DNA from: Mobula hypostoma
Lineage: Eukaryota
Assembly: GCF_963921235.1 (NCBI RefSeq)
Contig: NC_086097.1
Span: 139,068,001-139,132,000 of the forward strand
Direction of reading: 5' to 3'
Length of the DNA: 64,000 nt
The notes below the pieces were generated by a model. It was not told where the DNA came from. It did no database searches and worked only from the letters and a program-made list of their open reading frames with translations. Numbering within the stretch: the stretch's first letter is position 1; every line of letters begins with the position of its first letter. This document shows positions 26,576 to 39,199 of this stretch, piece by piece. The position numbers and the translations under genes were made by a program.

Positions 26576-28364
26576 TAAGGTCAAGACAATGCCTAGAAAG
26601 CAATGCAGGTCAACAAATCTAATGGGTAATGGGAAATGAGACCTGGTACAAGGTAAGACACATACAGCAGGACCTGGATGAACCCAACTTCTACTGAACA
26701 GAGATAGAGGTAAAAAATTTTAAAAGCTCATCAGAGCCACAAAACAATTTCTACTGCTTGCAAATATTTGCACTTTTCAAGCTTGGATCTGTGTGGTGAT
26801 AAGGTAAAGCTTAAAAAACTGTATACTAAGATGCAACTGCATCACTGAATTCCAATTATCAATGGTTAAACACCTGATCAGCTGGTATCACAAGCAGCAA
26901 TTACAATGCAAATTAAGGTGGTTGTTTTCATTAATATAAAAGCGAAATAGTAGTCAACTCCTGATGAAAAATCAAACATCTAAAAGCTGATAATCTTCTC
27001 TATTTAGAAAGGCAACAGTGCATGGAAATCCCTTCAACCAGGGGGATAGTTTGTATTTCAATGGAAAAGAATTTTTACTGATCAATCTTGAAGAATTATA
27101 TCCACATTCCTCAAGACTATTCAGCTTCTTTCAGTCACAGTATAGGGGGCAAAAAAAAGAACAACAGCTTCAATCCCTGGGCTATTGACTGAAAATGATG
27201 CCATTCAGTGAAACAGACTTCAAGAAGTTAAGTATTGATGTAAATAATTTTTATGGGGGGGTGGTAAATGCTTCAAAAATTATCCAGTTTTAAATATTTT
27301 CATGTTACTAAGAGCTTTTGGTTTGACTCATTTAATCTTGATTTTTGATTAGCTATTTGTAGATTTATAAAAACATAATTTACTAAATGGGGAAAATAGG
27401 TGCAGGATAATAAGATAGTGTAGTATCTGAAGTATAACAGTGGAAATGCATTGTGACAGGCAAGATATGTGTGCTAAAATGTAATTATATTCTGCAGTAT
27501 TAACAGATTCAGGAGTTCAAGCAAAAGAATATGTAAAGAAAAGAGTATTTTGAAAAGTTAATCACAGAGAGCAGAAATCTCTTGAAGATTGGGCTAGAGG
27601 GTACTGTTATTTGCACAATGCTGAGGATGATCCTGCACACTTGGAAGATGGGGGTGGGGGAAGAGGTGAAGAGACACAACAACAAATCTGATAGAAGTTG
27701 TCAAACAATATTTTTTCTCAGTGATATTAAGAGTTTCAGAACATTTCAAACCCGAATCACAATTTAAAATGTTTCTGCATTAAATTGCATTCGGAGACTG
27801 ATAGTTGCTGTTTGTACTTACTTAGTCAACCCACGTTAAAATCAAAATCACAAAAGAGTGGGGGAATGTGCTCACACGTAGATCACAAGGTTTGCCTCCC
27901 ACAGCATAATCACTGTATTCATTCAACATTTCTGTTGAGGTGGGAAAGCAGGAATTGTGTGGAGAAGATATAAATTTCATGACTCCCTTCAGATTTATCA
28001 AAAAGGTTGAGAAAAATGCCAGGAAATGTGTTAAAGAAGCCAAGACAGTAGTCAATCGGACAATTATTTGGCAAGCATTACAGAATGCAGAGCGATGCAC
28101 CTGCAGTACCATATCAGTTCGGCTCTGTCTGACAATTTTATCTTGTATTAACATCCCCTCGCTTAATTAGCAATTTGAAAGAAAATGTTAACTAAGCATC
28201 AGCATAATGATTTACAACCTCATTCAATGTGTGCTAGCTTACCTGCAATCATTGCCAAGTCATCAATTAAGCAAGAACTGTTATCATTTAGAAGTTCAGT
28301 GTTTCCAGATACATTTATAAATAACCAATACATAAACAGAAAAAAAATAGGATGGTAAACGGGT

Positions 28365-28970
28365 AACACAAAGTGCTGGAGGAACTCAGCAGGCCAGGCA
28401 GCATCTCTGGAAAAAAAGTACAGTCAAATGCTTCGGCCTGAGATCCTTTGGCAGAACTGAAAAAAATGGTGAGGAGTGGATTTAAAAGTTTGGCGAGGGG
28501 AGAGAGAAACATAAGGTGCAAGGTGAAACTGGGAGGGAGAGGAATGAAGTAAAGAGCTGGGAAATTGATTGGTGAAAGATACAGGGCTAGAGAAGGAGGA
28601 ATCTGAGAGGAGAGGACAGAAGGCTATGGAAGAAAGAAAAGAGGGCAAGCAGCACCAGAGGGAGGCAACAGGCAGGCAAGGAGATAGGTGAGAGAAGGGG
28701 ATGGAAAATGGTGAAGCGGGTGGGGTGGGGTGGGGGGAATGACCTGAAGTTGGAGAAGTCAATGTTCATGCCATCACTTTGGAGGCTACCCAGACGGAAT
28801 ATAAAGTGTTGTTCCTCCAATCTGAGTGTGGCCTCATAGTGACAGTACAGGAGGCCATGGACAGACATGTTGGAATGGGAATGGGAAGTGGAATTAAAAT
28901 GGGTGCCACTGGCAGATCCCGCTTTATCTGGCGGATGGAGCGCAGGTGCTCGACAAAGCGGTTTTCTAGC
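28365..28970 (-). mobile_element. Penelope-like element 3' fragment
   Basis: RFVEHLRSIRQ...LRLEEQHFIFRLGSLQSDGMNIDFSNFR, with a degenerate hammerhead in the tail at ~28421-28458. Confidence 0.88.
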
Positions 28971-29089
28971 ATCTGCAGATTTTTTCTGGTAAACAGGTAA
29001 GAATTTTAAGAGGTATGTACTCTAACCGATAAGCTGTTATCAGAACTGGGAACTCATCATTTCTACCTTTTCATTTATTTCAAATATAA

Positions 29090-29600
29090 AACATAGAACA
29101 GCAAAACACAGGAACAGGCCCTTTGGCCGACCATCTTTGTACTGGTCATTATCCCAAATTAAACTAACTCTGATCTATTTTCATTCATTTTCTACAGGTT
29201 CATGTGCCTGTCAAAATGCCTCTTAAGTGGCACTATCATGTCTGTCTCACCACCTCCCTTGGCAGCCTGTGCAAGACACCTATACACCACACATACCCTT
29301 TAAACATTCCTCCTCTCACCTTAAAGCTATGTCCTTTAGTATTTGATATGCCTGTTCTGGGGGGGGGGGGGCAGGGCAGAGAAAAAAGTCCAACTATCTT
29401 CCTCAGCCTCCAAAGCTCCGACAAAACAATCCAGGTTTGTCTAACCTCTATTTATAGCCAATGCCCTCTAATCCCAGCAGCTAGTGAGCAACTTCTTCCC
29501 CTCTCCAAAGCCTCCACAACATCCTTCCTGTAATGCAGAAACCAAAACCGCAACATGACTTCCTGACTCTTACACTCAATGCCTCAAGCAATGAATGCAA
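29090..29600 (-). mobile_element. CR1 3' fragment (appears to resume at ~33945-34020)
   Basis: Tail catagaacagcaaaacacaggaacaggccc and SNTKGHSFKVRGG. Confidence 0.75.
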
Positions 29601-32600
29601 GAACTTTCTACAGGGGTACAATTGAGAACATCCTGGCTGGCTGCATCACTACCTGGAATGGGAACTGTACCTCCCTTAATCGCAGGACTCTGCAGAGAGT
29701 GGTGTGGACAGTCCACTGCATCTGTAGTTGTGAACTTCCAAAGATTCAGGACATTTACAAGGACAGGTGTGTAAAAAGGGTCCATAGGATTATTGAGGAC
29801 CCAAGCCATCCCAACCACAATCTATTGCACAACTACTGCACAGAGTCTTGCCATCTTCAGAAGTTTTCTGATGACTGCCATAGTTGGATGCATCAGCAAG
29901 GGAGGTGAGGCTGAGTACAGGGCTATGGTAGGAAACTTTGTCACATGGTGTGAGCAGAATTATCTGCAGCTTAATGTGAAAAAGACTAAGGAGCTGGTGG
30001 TAGACCTGAGGAGAGCTAAGGCACTGGTGACCCCTGTTTCCATCCAGGGGGTCAGTGTGGACATGGTGGAGGATTACAAATACCTGGGGATACGAATTGA
30101 CAATAAACTGGACTGGTCAAAGAACACTGAGGCTGTCTACAAGAAGGGTCAGAGCCGTCTCTACTTCCTGAGGAGACGGAGGTCCTTTAACATCTGTTGG
30201 ACGATGCTGAGGATGTTCTACGAGTCTGTGGTAGCCAGTGCTATCATGTTTGCTGTTGTGTGCTGGGGCAGCAGGCTGAGGGTAGCAGACACCAACAGAA
30301 TCAACAAACTCATTCGTAAGGCCAGTGATGTTGTGGGGATGGAACTGGACTCTCTGACGGTGGTGTCTGAAAAGAGGATGCTGCCCAAGTTGCATGCCAT
30401 CTTGGACAATGTCTCCCACCCACTACATAACGTACTGGTTGGGCACAGGAGTACATTCAGCCAGAGACTCACTCCACCGAGACGCAACACTGAGCATCAT
30501 AGGAAGTCATTCCTGCCTGTGGCCATCAAACTTTACAACTCCTCCCTTGGAGGGTCAGACACTGGACTCATTTCCTGGCATAATTTACATATTATTATTT
30601 AATTATTTATGGTTGTATATGGCTATAAAAGGTGTCCCCCACTTTTCGAACGTTCGCTTTACAAAACCTCACTGTTACGAAAGACCTACACTAGTTCCGT
30701 TTTCGCTTTCAGAGGGTGTTTTCACTGTTACGAAAAAAAGCAGCACGATGAAAAATCAGCATGCGCCCCGAGCAGCCGCTCTCCCCCGGATTCGGAACAG
30801 CATTCTCACCGGCATTGCTTAAACACGTGCCCGTGAGCAGCCGTTTACAAGATGAGTTCTAAGGTATTGGAAAAGCCTAAAAGAGCTCGTATGGGTGTTA
30901 CACTTAGCGTAAAACTAGCCATAATTAAGCATTTCGATTGTGGTGAACAAAGTAAGGACGAAGTGAGTTTGGCTTGTGGAAGCTGACGAAGATGATGTTG
31001 AAGAGGTTTTGGCATCCCATGACCAAGAACTGATAGATGGAGAGCTGATGAAATTGGAAGAAGAAAGGATAACAATCAAAACCAAATGCAGTAGTGAACT
31101 GAACGTGAAGCAACTGCGTGAGATTTTCGCTGCAGTGATAAAGTATGACTTTAATTTTGAAAGGGTACGTAGGTTTAGGGGATATTTGCAAGATGGTTTG
31201 AGTCCTTATGAAGAACTATATGATAGAAAAATGCACGAGGCTCAGCAGTCAAGCAAGCCTTCCACATCAGCCACAGCAGACGACAAACCTCGACCTTCGA
31301 CATCGAGGCGGGCAGTCATAGGAGAAGATGAGCTGCCTGCTCTAATGGAAAGAGACGACGAGATGACACCTAGTGTCCCACCACCCCAACCCCCAGGCCG
31401 CGGACAGATAACCAATTCGCGGAGAATACAGCGGTAGCCAGGAGGTACACAGCACATCTTTAAGAAAAAAACCGAAATAAACATGCTAATTAATTAGGTG
31501 CCGTCCGACACGTAATTGTCAGCCCAGATCAGAGACAATGCAATCGGAAATCGGCACCAATCTGGGTCGGCAATTACGTGTCGGGCAGCACCTAATTAAT
31601 TAGCATGTTTATTTTGGCTTTTTCCTTAAAGATGTGCTGTGTACTTCCCGGCTACCACTGCACCCCTGCATGCTTCGCGACAATATATCAATCGGTGGCC
31701 TGGAGGGTGGGGGCCACTGCACCACCCAACCTGTGACAACTCAGTCTAACACACCATCATCAGTGTGCTCGGCGCTGAACCAATTCCGGTAAGTGATACT
31801 ACACTGTACATACATTATTTCTACTTTATATAGGCTGTGTATTTTTATGTGTTATTTGGTATAATTTGGCAGCTTCATAGCTTAAAGGTTACTGGAGAGA
31901 ATGTTTTTGCCAACAGCGCTTGTGTGAGATCTTCGCTACGGAGAACAGTGCAGTAATGATTGTGGAAAAGTATTTCTACTTTATATAGGCTGTGTATTTA
32001 TCATATCAATCCCACTTTTACCATATGTTACTGTTATTTTAGGTTTTATGTGTTACAGGTGTCCCCCGCTTTTTGAACGTTCACTTTACGAAACCTCACT
32101 GTTACGAAAGACCTACATTAGTACCGTTTTCGCTTTCAGAAGGTGTTCTCACTGTTATGGAAAAAAAGCAGCGCGCAATAAAAGGCAGCGTGCGCCCTGA
32201 GCAGCCGCTCTCCCCCAGATTCTGAACTGCATTCTCACCGACAATGCTTAAACACGTGCCTGTGAGCAGTCATTTGCAAGATGAGTTCTAAGGTATCGGA
32301 AAAGCCTGAAAGAGCTCGTAAGGTGTTACACTTAGCGTAAAACTAGACATAATTAAGCGTTTCGATCGTGGTGAATGAAGTAAGGACAAAGTGAGTTTGG
32401 CTTGTGAAAGCTGACAAAGATGATGTTGAAGAGGTTTTGGCATCCCATGACCAAGAACTGATAGATGAAGAGCTGATGCAATTGGAAGAAAAAAGGATAA
32501 CAATCAAAACCGAATGAGTGATGATAAAGTACAACTTTAATTTTGAAAGGGTACGTCGGTTTAGGGGATATTTGCAGGATGGTTTGAGTCCTTACAAAGA

Positions 32601-33940
32601 ACTGTATGATAGAAAAATAAGCGAGGCTCAGCAGTCAAGCAAGCCTTCCACATCAGCCACAGCAGAAGACGAACCTCGACCTTCGACATCGAGGTGGGCA
32701 GAGATAGAAGATGAGACCATGACGAGATGACACCCAGGTGTCCCACCACCCCAACCCCCAGGCCATGGACAGATACCAATTCGCGGTGAATGCAGCAGTA
32801 GCCGGGAGACACACAGCACACCTTTAAGAAAAAAGCCGAAATAAACATGCTAATTAATTAGGTGCCGCCCGACACCTAGTTGTCAGCCGAGATCAGAGAC
32901 GACGTAATCAGAAATCGGCACTGATCTGAGCCGACAATTATGTGCCCAGCGGCACCTAATTAATTAGCATGTTTGTTTTGGCTTTTTTCTTAAAGATGTG
33001 CTGTGTGCCTCCCGGCTACCGCTGGACCCCTGCATGCTTCGCGGTTTGGTATCGGTTGGTGGCCCGGAGGGTGGGGGCCACTGCACCACCCAACCTGCGA
33101 TGACTCAGCCTAACACACCATCATCAGTGTGCTCGGCGCTGTCCCGATTCCGGTAAGTGGTACTACATGGTACATACATTATTTCTACTTTATACAGGCT
33201 GCGTATTTTTACGTGTTATTTGGTATGATTTGGCAGCTTCATAGCTTCAAGGTTACTGGAGAGCACTTGCGCCGTGTTTTTGCCAACAGCGCTTGCGTGA
33301 GATTTTCTGCCGACGGCGCTTGCGTGAGAATTTCGCAACAGAGAACAGTGCAGTAACAATTGTGGAAAAGTATTTCTTCTTTATATAGGCCGTGTATTTA
33401 TCATATCATTCCTGCTTTTACTATACGTTACTGTTATTTTAGGTTTTATGTGTTATTTGGCATGATTTGGTAGGTTATTTTTTGGTCTGCGAACGCTCAC
33501 ATAATTTTACCATATAAATAAATGGTAATTGCTTCTTTGCTTTACGACATTTCGGCTTACGAACTATTTCATAGGAACACTCTACCTTCGGATGGCGGGG
33601 GAAACCTGTGTTTATACTCTGTTCTTGGTTGGTGCAACTGTAACGAAACCAAATTTCCTTCGGGATCAATAAAGTATGACTATGACTATTCCAGCTGCTA
33701 CCATCCGGGAAGCGGTACCGCAGCATAAAAGCCAGGACCAAAAGGCTCCAGGACAGCTTCTTCCACCAGGCCTTCAGACTGATGAACTCATGCTGATTTG
33801 AGTGTATTCTATATTACATTGACTGTTCTATTTATTATAAATTACTATGATTGCACATTGCACATTTAGATGGAGACGTAAGGTAAAGATCTTTAATCCT
33901 CATGTATGTGAAGGATGTAAGAAATAAAGTCAACTCAGTT
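29600..33940 (+). mobile_element. Two nested Rex1-type LINE 3' fragments (outer 29600-29827 plus 33689-33940; inner 29828-30628 plus 33609-33688)
   Basis: Outer: FYRGTIENILAGCITTWNGNC...DPSHPNHNL|FQLLPSGKRYRSI. Inner: LNVKKTKELVVDLRR...YKYLG...KGQSRLYFLRR, ending in (TATGAC)n. Confidence 0.85.
30629..33608 (+). mobile_element. Tandem dimer of an internally deleted Tigger (TcMar/pogo) DNA transposon
   Basis: The left TIR (C/A)AGGTGTCCCCC occurs at 30629 and 32056, and the right TIR GGGGGAAACCTG ends at 33608. Each unit keeps a psq-like N-terminus (KRAR..VTLSVKL.IIK.FD.GE) joined to the acidic C-terminus (EDDVEEVLASHDQEL.D.EL..LEEE), with no DDE core. Confidence 0.85.
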
Positions 33941-35092
33941 CAATTCTTTAGCACTCTATCTACTTGCATAGTCATTTTTAGGGAGATACAGATTTGTAAC
34001 CTAAGATCCCTTTGTTCACTTTATTGAGAATGTAAATTTAACTCTGCAGTCATTCTGGAACACGATATGCAAGCTCCCGTCTACGTCCACTGCCCTGCCC
34101 CACTTAGTCAAATTTGGAGCTGATCACATCCCACCCCACCATCACCTCAACTCTCAGCATTTCCTGCAATTTTCTCCTCCAAAATATAGAGAAAATTCAA
34201 CTGTGAAGTACAAAATAATAAATTAAATTCTAAATTATTTTTAGATATTTAAGCATTGCAACTATGAAATTATTTTGTTTACAGCTCTGTGAAATACATG
34301 GCTAAGCAAAACCTATTATCTGGCATCTATTTTCCTTGTCATAACCCATAAAAGCAACATTTTCTATGCAAGTTTTTCCTTTTTCAGATGTGCCAGTCCA
34401 TCTCCTGTGACAGCAAGATGGAAAGTGAATACAAATTTTTGCCTTGAAGGAGTGGTGTATGAAGCTGGCTGATATGGTAGCACAATGTACAGACCTAGAT
34501 TATTCCAATAGTAAGCTATTAGATAATTGCTTCACCTGTCTTGCGTTGCATTATGTGACATCTTTTAATTAATTACTTCACTGCTCTGAGCTCAGTATAG
34601 ATTATATACTATTAGGCAATTACTATGATGCAGCACTGATTTACAATGTATTATATACAGTGATACTTCAGTTTAGTAATGAAGTATTTATCAATGTTAT
34701 GCCAGAGAATGGCTTCTGGCCAAAATCCAGTAATCATTTCCATTCCATGAATTACTCTGATCTTTAGTTTCTCAGTCTGGTATACCAGTCAACTAATATA
34801 TGAGGACAGTCAAGCTGACAAGCCACTAATAGCTCGTCTCCATTTTGGAATGAGAGTTTGATTCAAAAGTTCTCTAGACACTGGGCGTGAGGAATGGGCT
34901 GGATGAACAATGTATAACCAGTAATCGAAGAATAATGTCAGCAGCTAGCAAAGAAAGTGGGTGAAAATGGCATATTAATTTGCTACATTGAAACTACCAA
35001 TAAAATTAATATTCCAAATACTGAATAAAATTATAATGAAATACTAAGCAGCTACATATGTCACTAGACTTGAAGCTAAATGATGGAGAATG

Positions 35093-36845
35093 TCAGAATC
35101 AGATTTATAATCACTGATATATGTCAGAAAAATTTGTTTTGTGGCAGCAGTATATAATGACATAAAAATGGCAAGACTTAAAAATTATTACAAGTTACAA
35201 AATAAATAAATAGCGCAAAAGAGGAATAGTGAAATTCTGTTCATGGACCATTCCAAAGATGTTACTAAAACATTGAGTGAGTCTTCAGGCTCCTGAATCT
35301 ACCCAATGGCAATAATAAGAGGGCATTTGCAGATAGTGAGGGCACTTAGTGACAGACACCACATTCTTGAGGCACCACCTAGTGAAGATGTCCTTGATGA
35401 GGAAGCGTGTGCCCATTATAGTTGGCTGAGTCTACAACCCTCTGCATTGGAGCCTCCAAACCAGCCTATGACACAACCAAACAGAACACTCTCTACAATA
35501 CATCTATAGAAATTAGCAAGAGTCTTTGCTAACACACAAATCTTCTCAAACTCCTAAAGTAGTAAAGCTGCAGGTGTGCCTCCTTCATGATTGAGTCAAT
35601 GTGTTTGATCCAAGATAGATACTCTGAAATGTTGACACCCAAGAGCTTGAAGCTACCCATCCTTTCCACCACTGACCCCTCAATAAGGACTGGTGTGTGT
35701 TCTCTCAACTTCCCCTTCATTAAGTCCACAACCAATTCCTTGTTGTTGCTGCTGTTGAGTGCATTGTTGTTTCTGGGACACCACTCAACCAGCCATTCTA
35801 TCTTACTCCTCTACACCTCTTCATGGCTGTCTGTTCTAACTAGGACAGTGGTGTCATTGGCAAAAGTATAAAACCACAAGTCTGTTCCGCCATTCCATCA
35901 CAATTGATTTATTATCCCTCTCAACCCTATTCTTCTGCCTTATCCCCGTATTCTTTGACACACTCACTATCCAAGAACCCATCAAACTGTACTTTAAATA
36001 TACTCAATAACATGGCCCCCACAGCCGTCCACAGCAAAGAAGTCCACAGATTCGCCTCCCTCTGGCTTAAGAAATTCCTTTTCACCTCTGTTCTAAATGG
36101 GTGGCCCTCTACTCTGTGGCTGTGCCCCCTGTTCCTAGACTCACCCACTATAGGAAACATCCTCTCCACATCTAGCTTGTCTAGGGCTTTCAATATTCAA
36201 CAGGTTTCAATGAAATCTCCTCTCATTCTTCTAAATTCCAATACAGTACAGGCCCAGAAGTATCAAACACCCCTCATATGTGAACCTTTCATTCCTGGAA
36301 TCATTCTCGTCAATCTCCTCTAGACCCTCTCAAATTCCAGCACATCTCTTCTTATAAAAGGGACATAAAACTGCTCACAATACTCCATGTTCGGTCTGAC
36401 CAATGTCTTATAAAGCCTCAGCATCTTTTATTCTAGTCTTTCAAAATGAAACATTGCATTTGCCTTCCTTACCACCAACTCAACCTGCAAGATATATCCT
36501 GCGTAAGGACTCCTAAGTCCCTTTGTACCTTGTATTTTTGAATTTTCCCCCAATAAGAAAATAATCTATGCCTTCATTCATTCTACCAAAGTGCATGACC
36601 ATACACTTCCTTACACTATATTCCATTTGCTACTTCTTTTTATAGCGTTTGAGCTGTGCCTAACCATACAGCTACAAGGGTAGAGGGTGTAAAGAACTGA
36701 GCTAAGCACAGATCCTGGAGGTACACCTGTGTTGACTGTCAGCAAGGAGAAAATGTTATTACTGATCTGCACTGACTGTAGGCTCCCAAAGAGGAATGGA
36801 AGGATCCAGTTGCAGAGGAGGAATACAGACCAAGGTTTTGAAGTA
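35093..36845 (-). mobile_element. Rex1-type 3' fragment with a nested CR1 3' fragment (35871-36640)
   Basis: VVDLMKGK..EHTPVLIEGSVVER..SFKLLGVNI (Rex1) and ESRNRGHS.RVEG.PFRTEVKRNF (CR1). Rex1 resumes at 36641. Confidence 0.8.
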
Positions 36846-37204
36846 CAGGTCTGAGAATAACATTTTGTGCAGAAATACTAACTATTAGATTTTAAAAATT
36901 AAATATCTCAAAACTGTTCTTTCAATGTTGCAAATCTAAAATAGTGTAAGCTTGGTATTAAAGTAACAACATACCTTGATCTATATAGGAGAAGCATAAC
37001 ATAAGCAGAAACTATTCCATGATGTAAGGAGAGCACGGGAGCTCTCTAGTGTCCCAACCCATAGATACCCCTCAAGCAATACCACTAAACAGATTATAAA
37101 GCCATGATTACATTTGTGGATCTGCTTTCTAAAGTGGCCAAACTAGTAAAAATATGGTGGGGACAGGCAGCACCTAAAGTAGATACAAGTCAGATGAAAA
37201 TGGC

Positions 37205-37345
37205 TTTAGCAACACATACAAACTTCTGGGGAAACTCAGCAAGGTCAAACAGCATCAATGGACAGAAATGAACTGTTGAGCTTTAGGGGCAAGACCCTTC
37301 GTCAAGACTCGGTCCTGATAAAGAGTCTCTCTGAAAAGTGCTTCT
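37205..37345. mobile_element. Back-to-back Penelope tail fragments (two degenerate hammerhead motifs)
   Basis: aaactcagcaaggtcaaacagcatc...aagacccttcgtcaagact (minus) abuts ggtcctgataaagagtctctctgaaa (plus). Confidence 0.6.
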
Positions 37346-37799
37346 GTATCCTTAAGGGCAAAAATGCACCTCCTGGGAAAGGTAGGGCCTGTTTGGAGGT
37401 TTCCTAACACTTGACAAGCTGGTTTTATGATTTTTAGGAATTAATGTGTTTTTGGAATAACTTCTTTGACCAGTGTTAATCTATGATGTGATTTCCTCAC
37501 CTTCATCTGCAATTACCTGCAGCTGCTATAATATTAAAATAAGTGGAACAGAAGCCAGTAGAACAGACCTCACCTCTACAGATTACTGATTCTCCAGAGA
37601 ATGAAACGTGGAATTCGGTGTGGGAGGTTTAAGAATTGATTACTTTATTAGCTTTATCCAAGTCTTGAATTTAGCAATCCACTTAACATCACCCTGACCC
37701 ACAGTTTTGAAGGGCTGAAAGAGCCTATTCCATGGTGAATCTCTGAATAAAATAAAATAAAATATGATCAGGGTTATTCTTGCACTGTTTCTTTGCCAG

Positions 37800-38695
37800 T
37801 GGCAAACAAGCTGCCTATTGGTGACAGTGGCACTATTGATTAAGTGGCTTGCCAGATTACCTGGTAATTACTTCTGTCAACAGTAATATTTTTTGGTAGT
37901 ATGAGACCAAATAAGGAGCCTTGTTCTAATGCAAGGACCAAGTCCCTTCGTGATCAGGGAGGTGGTCGTGACAAGATTACATTCTGAGTACTTCATCAGG
38001 CCAGGACTCTGTTGGTGTGAATTTTCTCAACTCCAACCTTTTTAGATTTTGCCTTGCCAGAGAGGATTGCATTTTTTTGACCCTGGCATTGGAGTTGCTC
38101 AGGAATATCAATTCATCCTCCTTTGGGAGCTAGGCACGGTTTCCACCTTTCCCAGCCACCACCCCCCCAACCCCCACACACACAAAAGTCGATGTAGAAT
38201 TCTCCCTTGGCCACTGCCAGGAATAAGGAATTCAGGATGATGATCGTCATCTGCTAGCTCACCATTAACATGAGCCAAAGAAGCTTGAGGCATTCACTTA
38301 CTCTAAAGGGGGAGTTGCTGACATTCTCCATTATCTCATTCTTGGTGGAAGAGCTCACATCAAGAGAACCCAATTTCTTTTCTGCTGTACCCTATGCCAT
38401 TTTTTTTAAAGATGATCATTTCTTTCCTATTGCATCTCATTCAGGGCAGCAATGACAATGTCAAGCCTTCTGAGTTCTTAGGCTATAAAAATACAACAAC
38501 GTTCTTGTCTGCTGCTACTGGGATCTAGCAACAATGGTCCTGACATACTGGATTTCATATTGAAGAGCAGAAGTTGCCAATGTATAACTGCATTTACATA
38601 GGCTGGCCAATCCAGCCAGTCATCAAACGGATTTGATGAACAGGGATCAGAGGCAAAGAGGTCCAAAATGACTGAAAATCAGGCATTAACAATCA
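37800..38695 (-). mobile_element. RTE-clade LINE APE fragment, degraded
   Basis: The minus strand reads ...SSRQERCCIFIA*ELRRLDIVIAALNE... and KNEIMENVSNSP, resembling the RTE endonuclease N-terminus (RPERRTALIARELxRxxIDIAALSETR). Confidence 0.6.
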
Positions 38696-38954
38696 CACTT
38701 TAGGTTAGGGTTAAGTCGGGGTTGTCGTGAGATTGTGGGGCGGTGCTGCTCAAGGGATTGGAAGGGACTACTTCACATTGTACCACTAAATAAAATAAAA
38801 TATGATCAGGGTTATTCTTGCACTGGTAACAGTTCAGAGAAAGTTCAGAAGCTTTACTCCTGGAATGAAGGGGGAAATTAAGCAGGTTTGATTTATTCTC
38901 ACCGAAAGATGATTGAGAAGATCTTACTATAAAGATTTGGGGGATGGGGAGTGA

Positions 38955-39177
38955 GGACAGTGTAGTGTAGCAGTTAGCGTAATGCTATACAGCACCAACA
39001 ACCAATTCAATTCCACCACCATCTGTCAGGAGTTTTATGTTTTTCCTGTTACGATATGGGTTTCCTCCTGGTGCTCTGGTTTCTTCACACATTCCAAAAG
39101 ACATGAGGATTACTCAGTCTTTTGGTCACATGGATGTAGTTGGGCCAGAAGGGCCTGTACTGTGCTGTAGGTCTAAA
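38955..39177 (+). mobile_element. HE1-like V-SINE
   Basis: tRNA-like head (gtagcagttagcgtaa...ttcaattcc), V-domain gggtttcctcctggtgctctggtttcttcacacattccaaa, and CR1-derived tail gggccagaagggcctgtactgtgctgta. Confidence 0.8.
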
Positions 39178-39199
39178 TGTGAAAATATATAAAGGGGGC

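Noticed and set aside
30976..31437. Domesticated TIGD-like gene
   Set aside because: Only the acidic C-terminus is present, with no DDE domain, and the sister copy has stops.
38699..38714. Telomere-like ttaggttagggtt
   Set aside because: Too short, and part of the V-SINE body (compare ~59793-59806).
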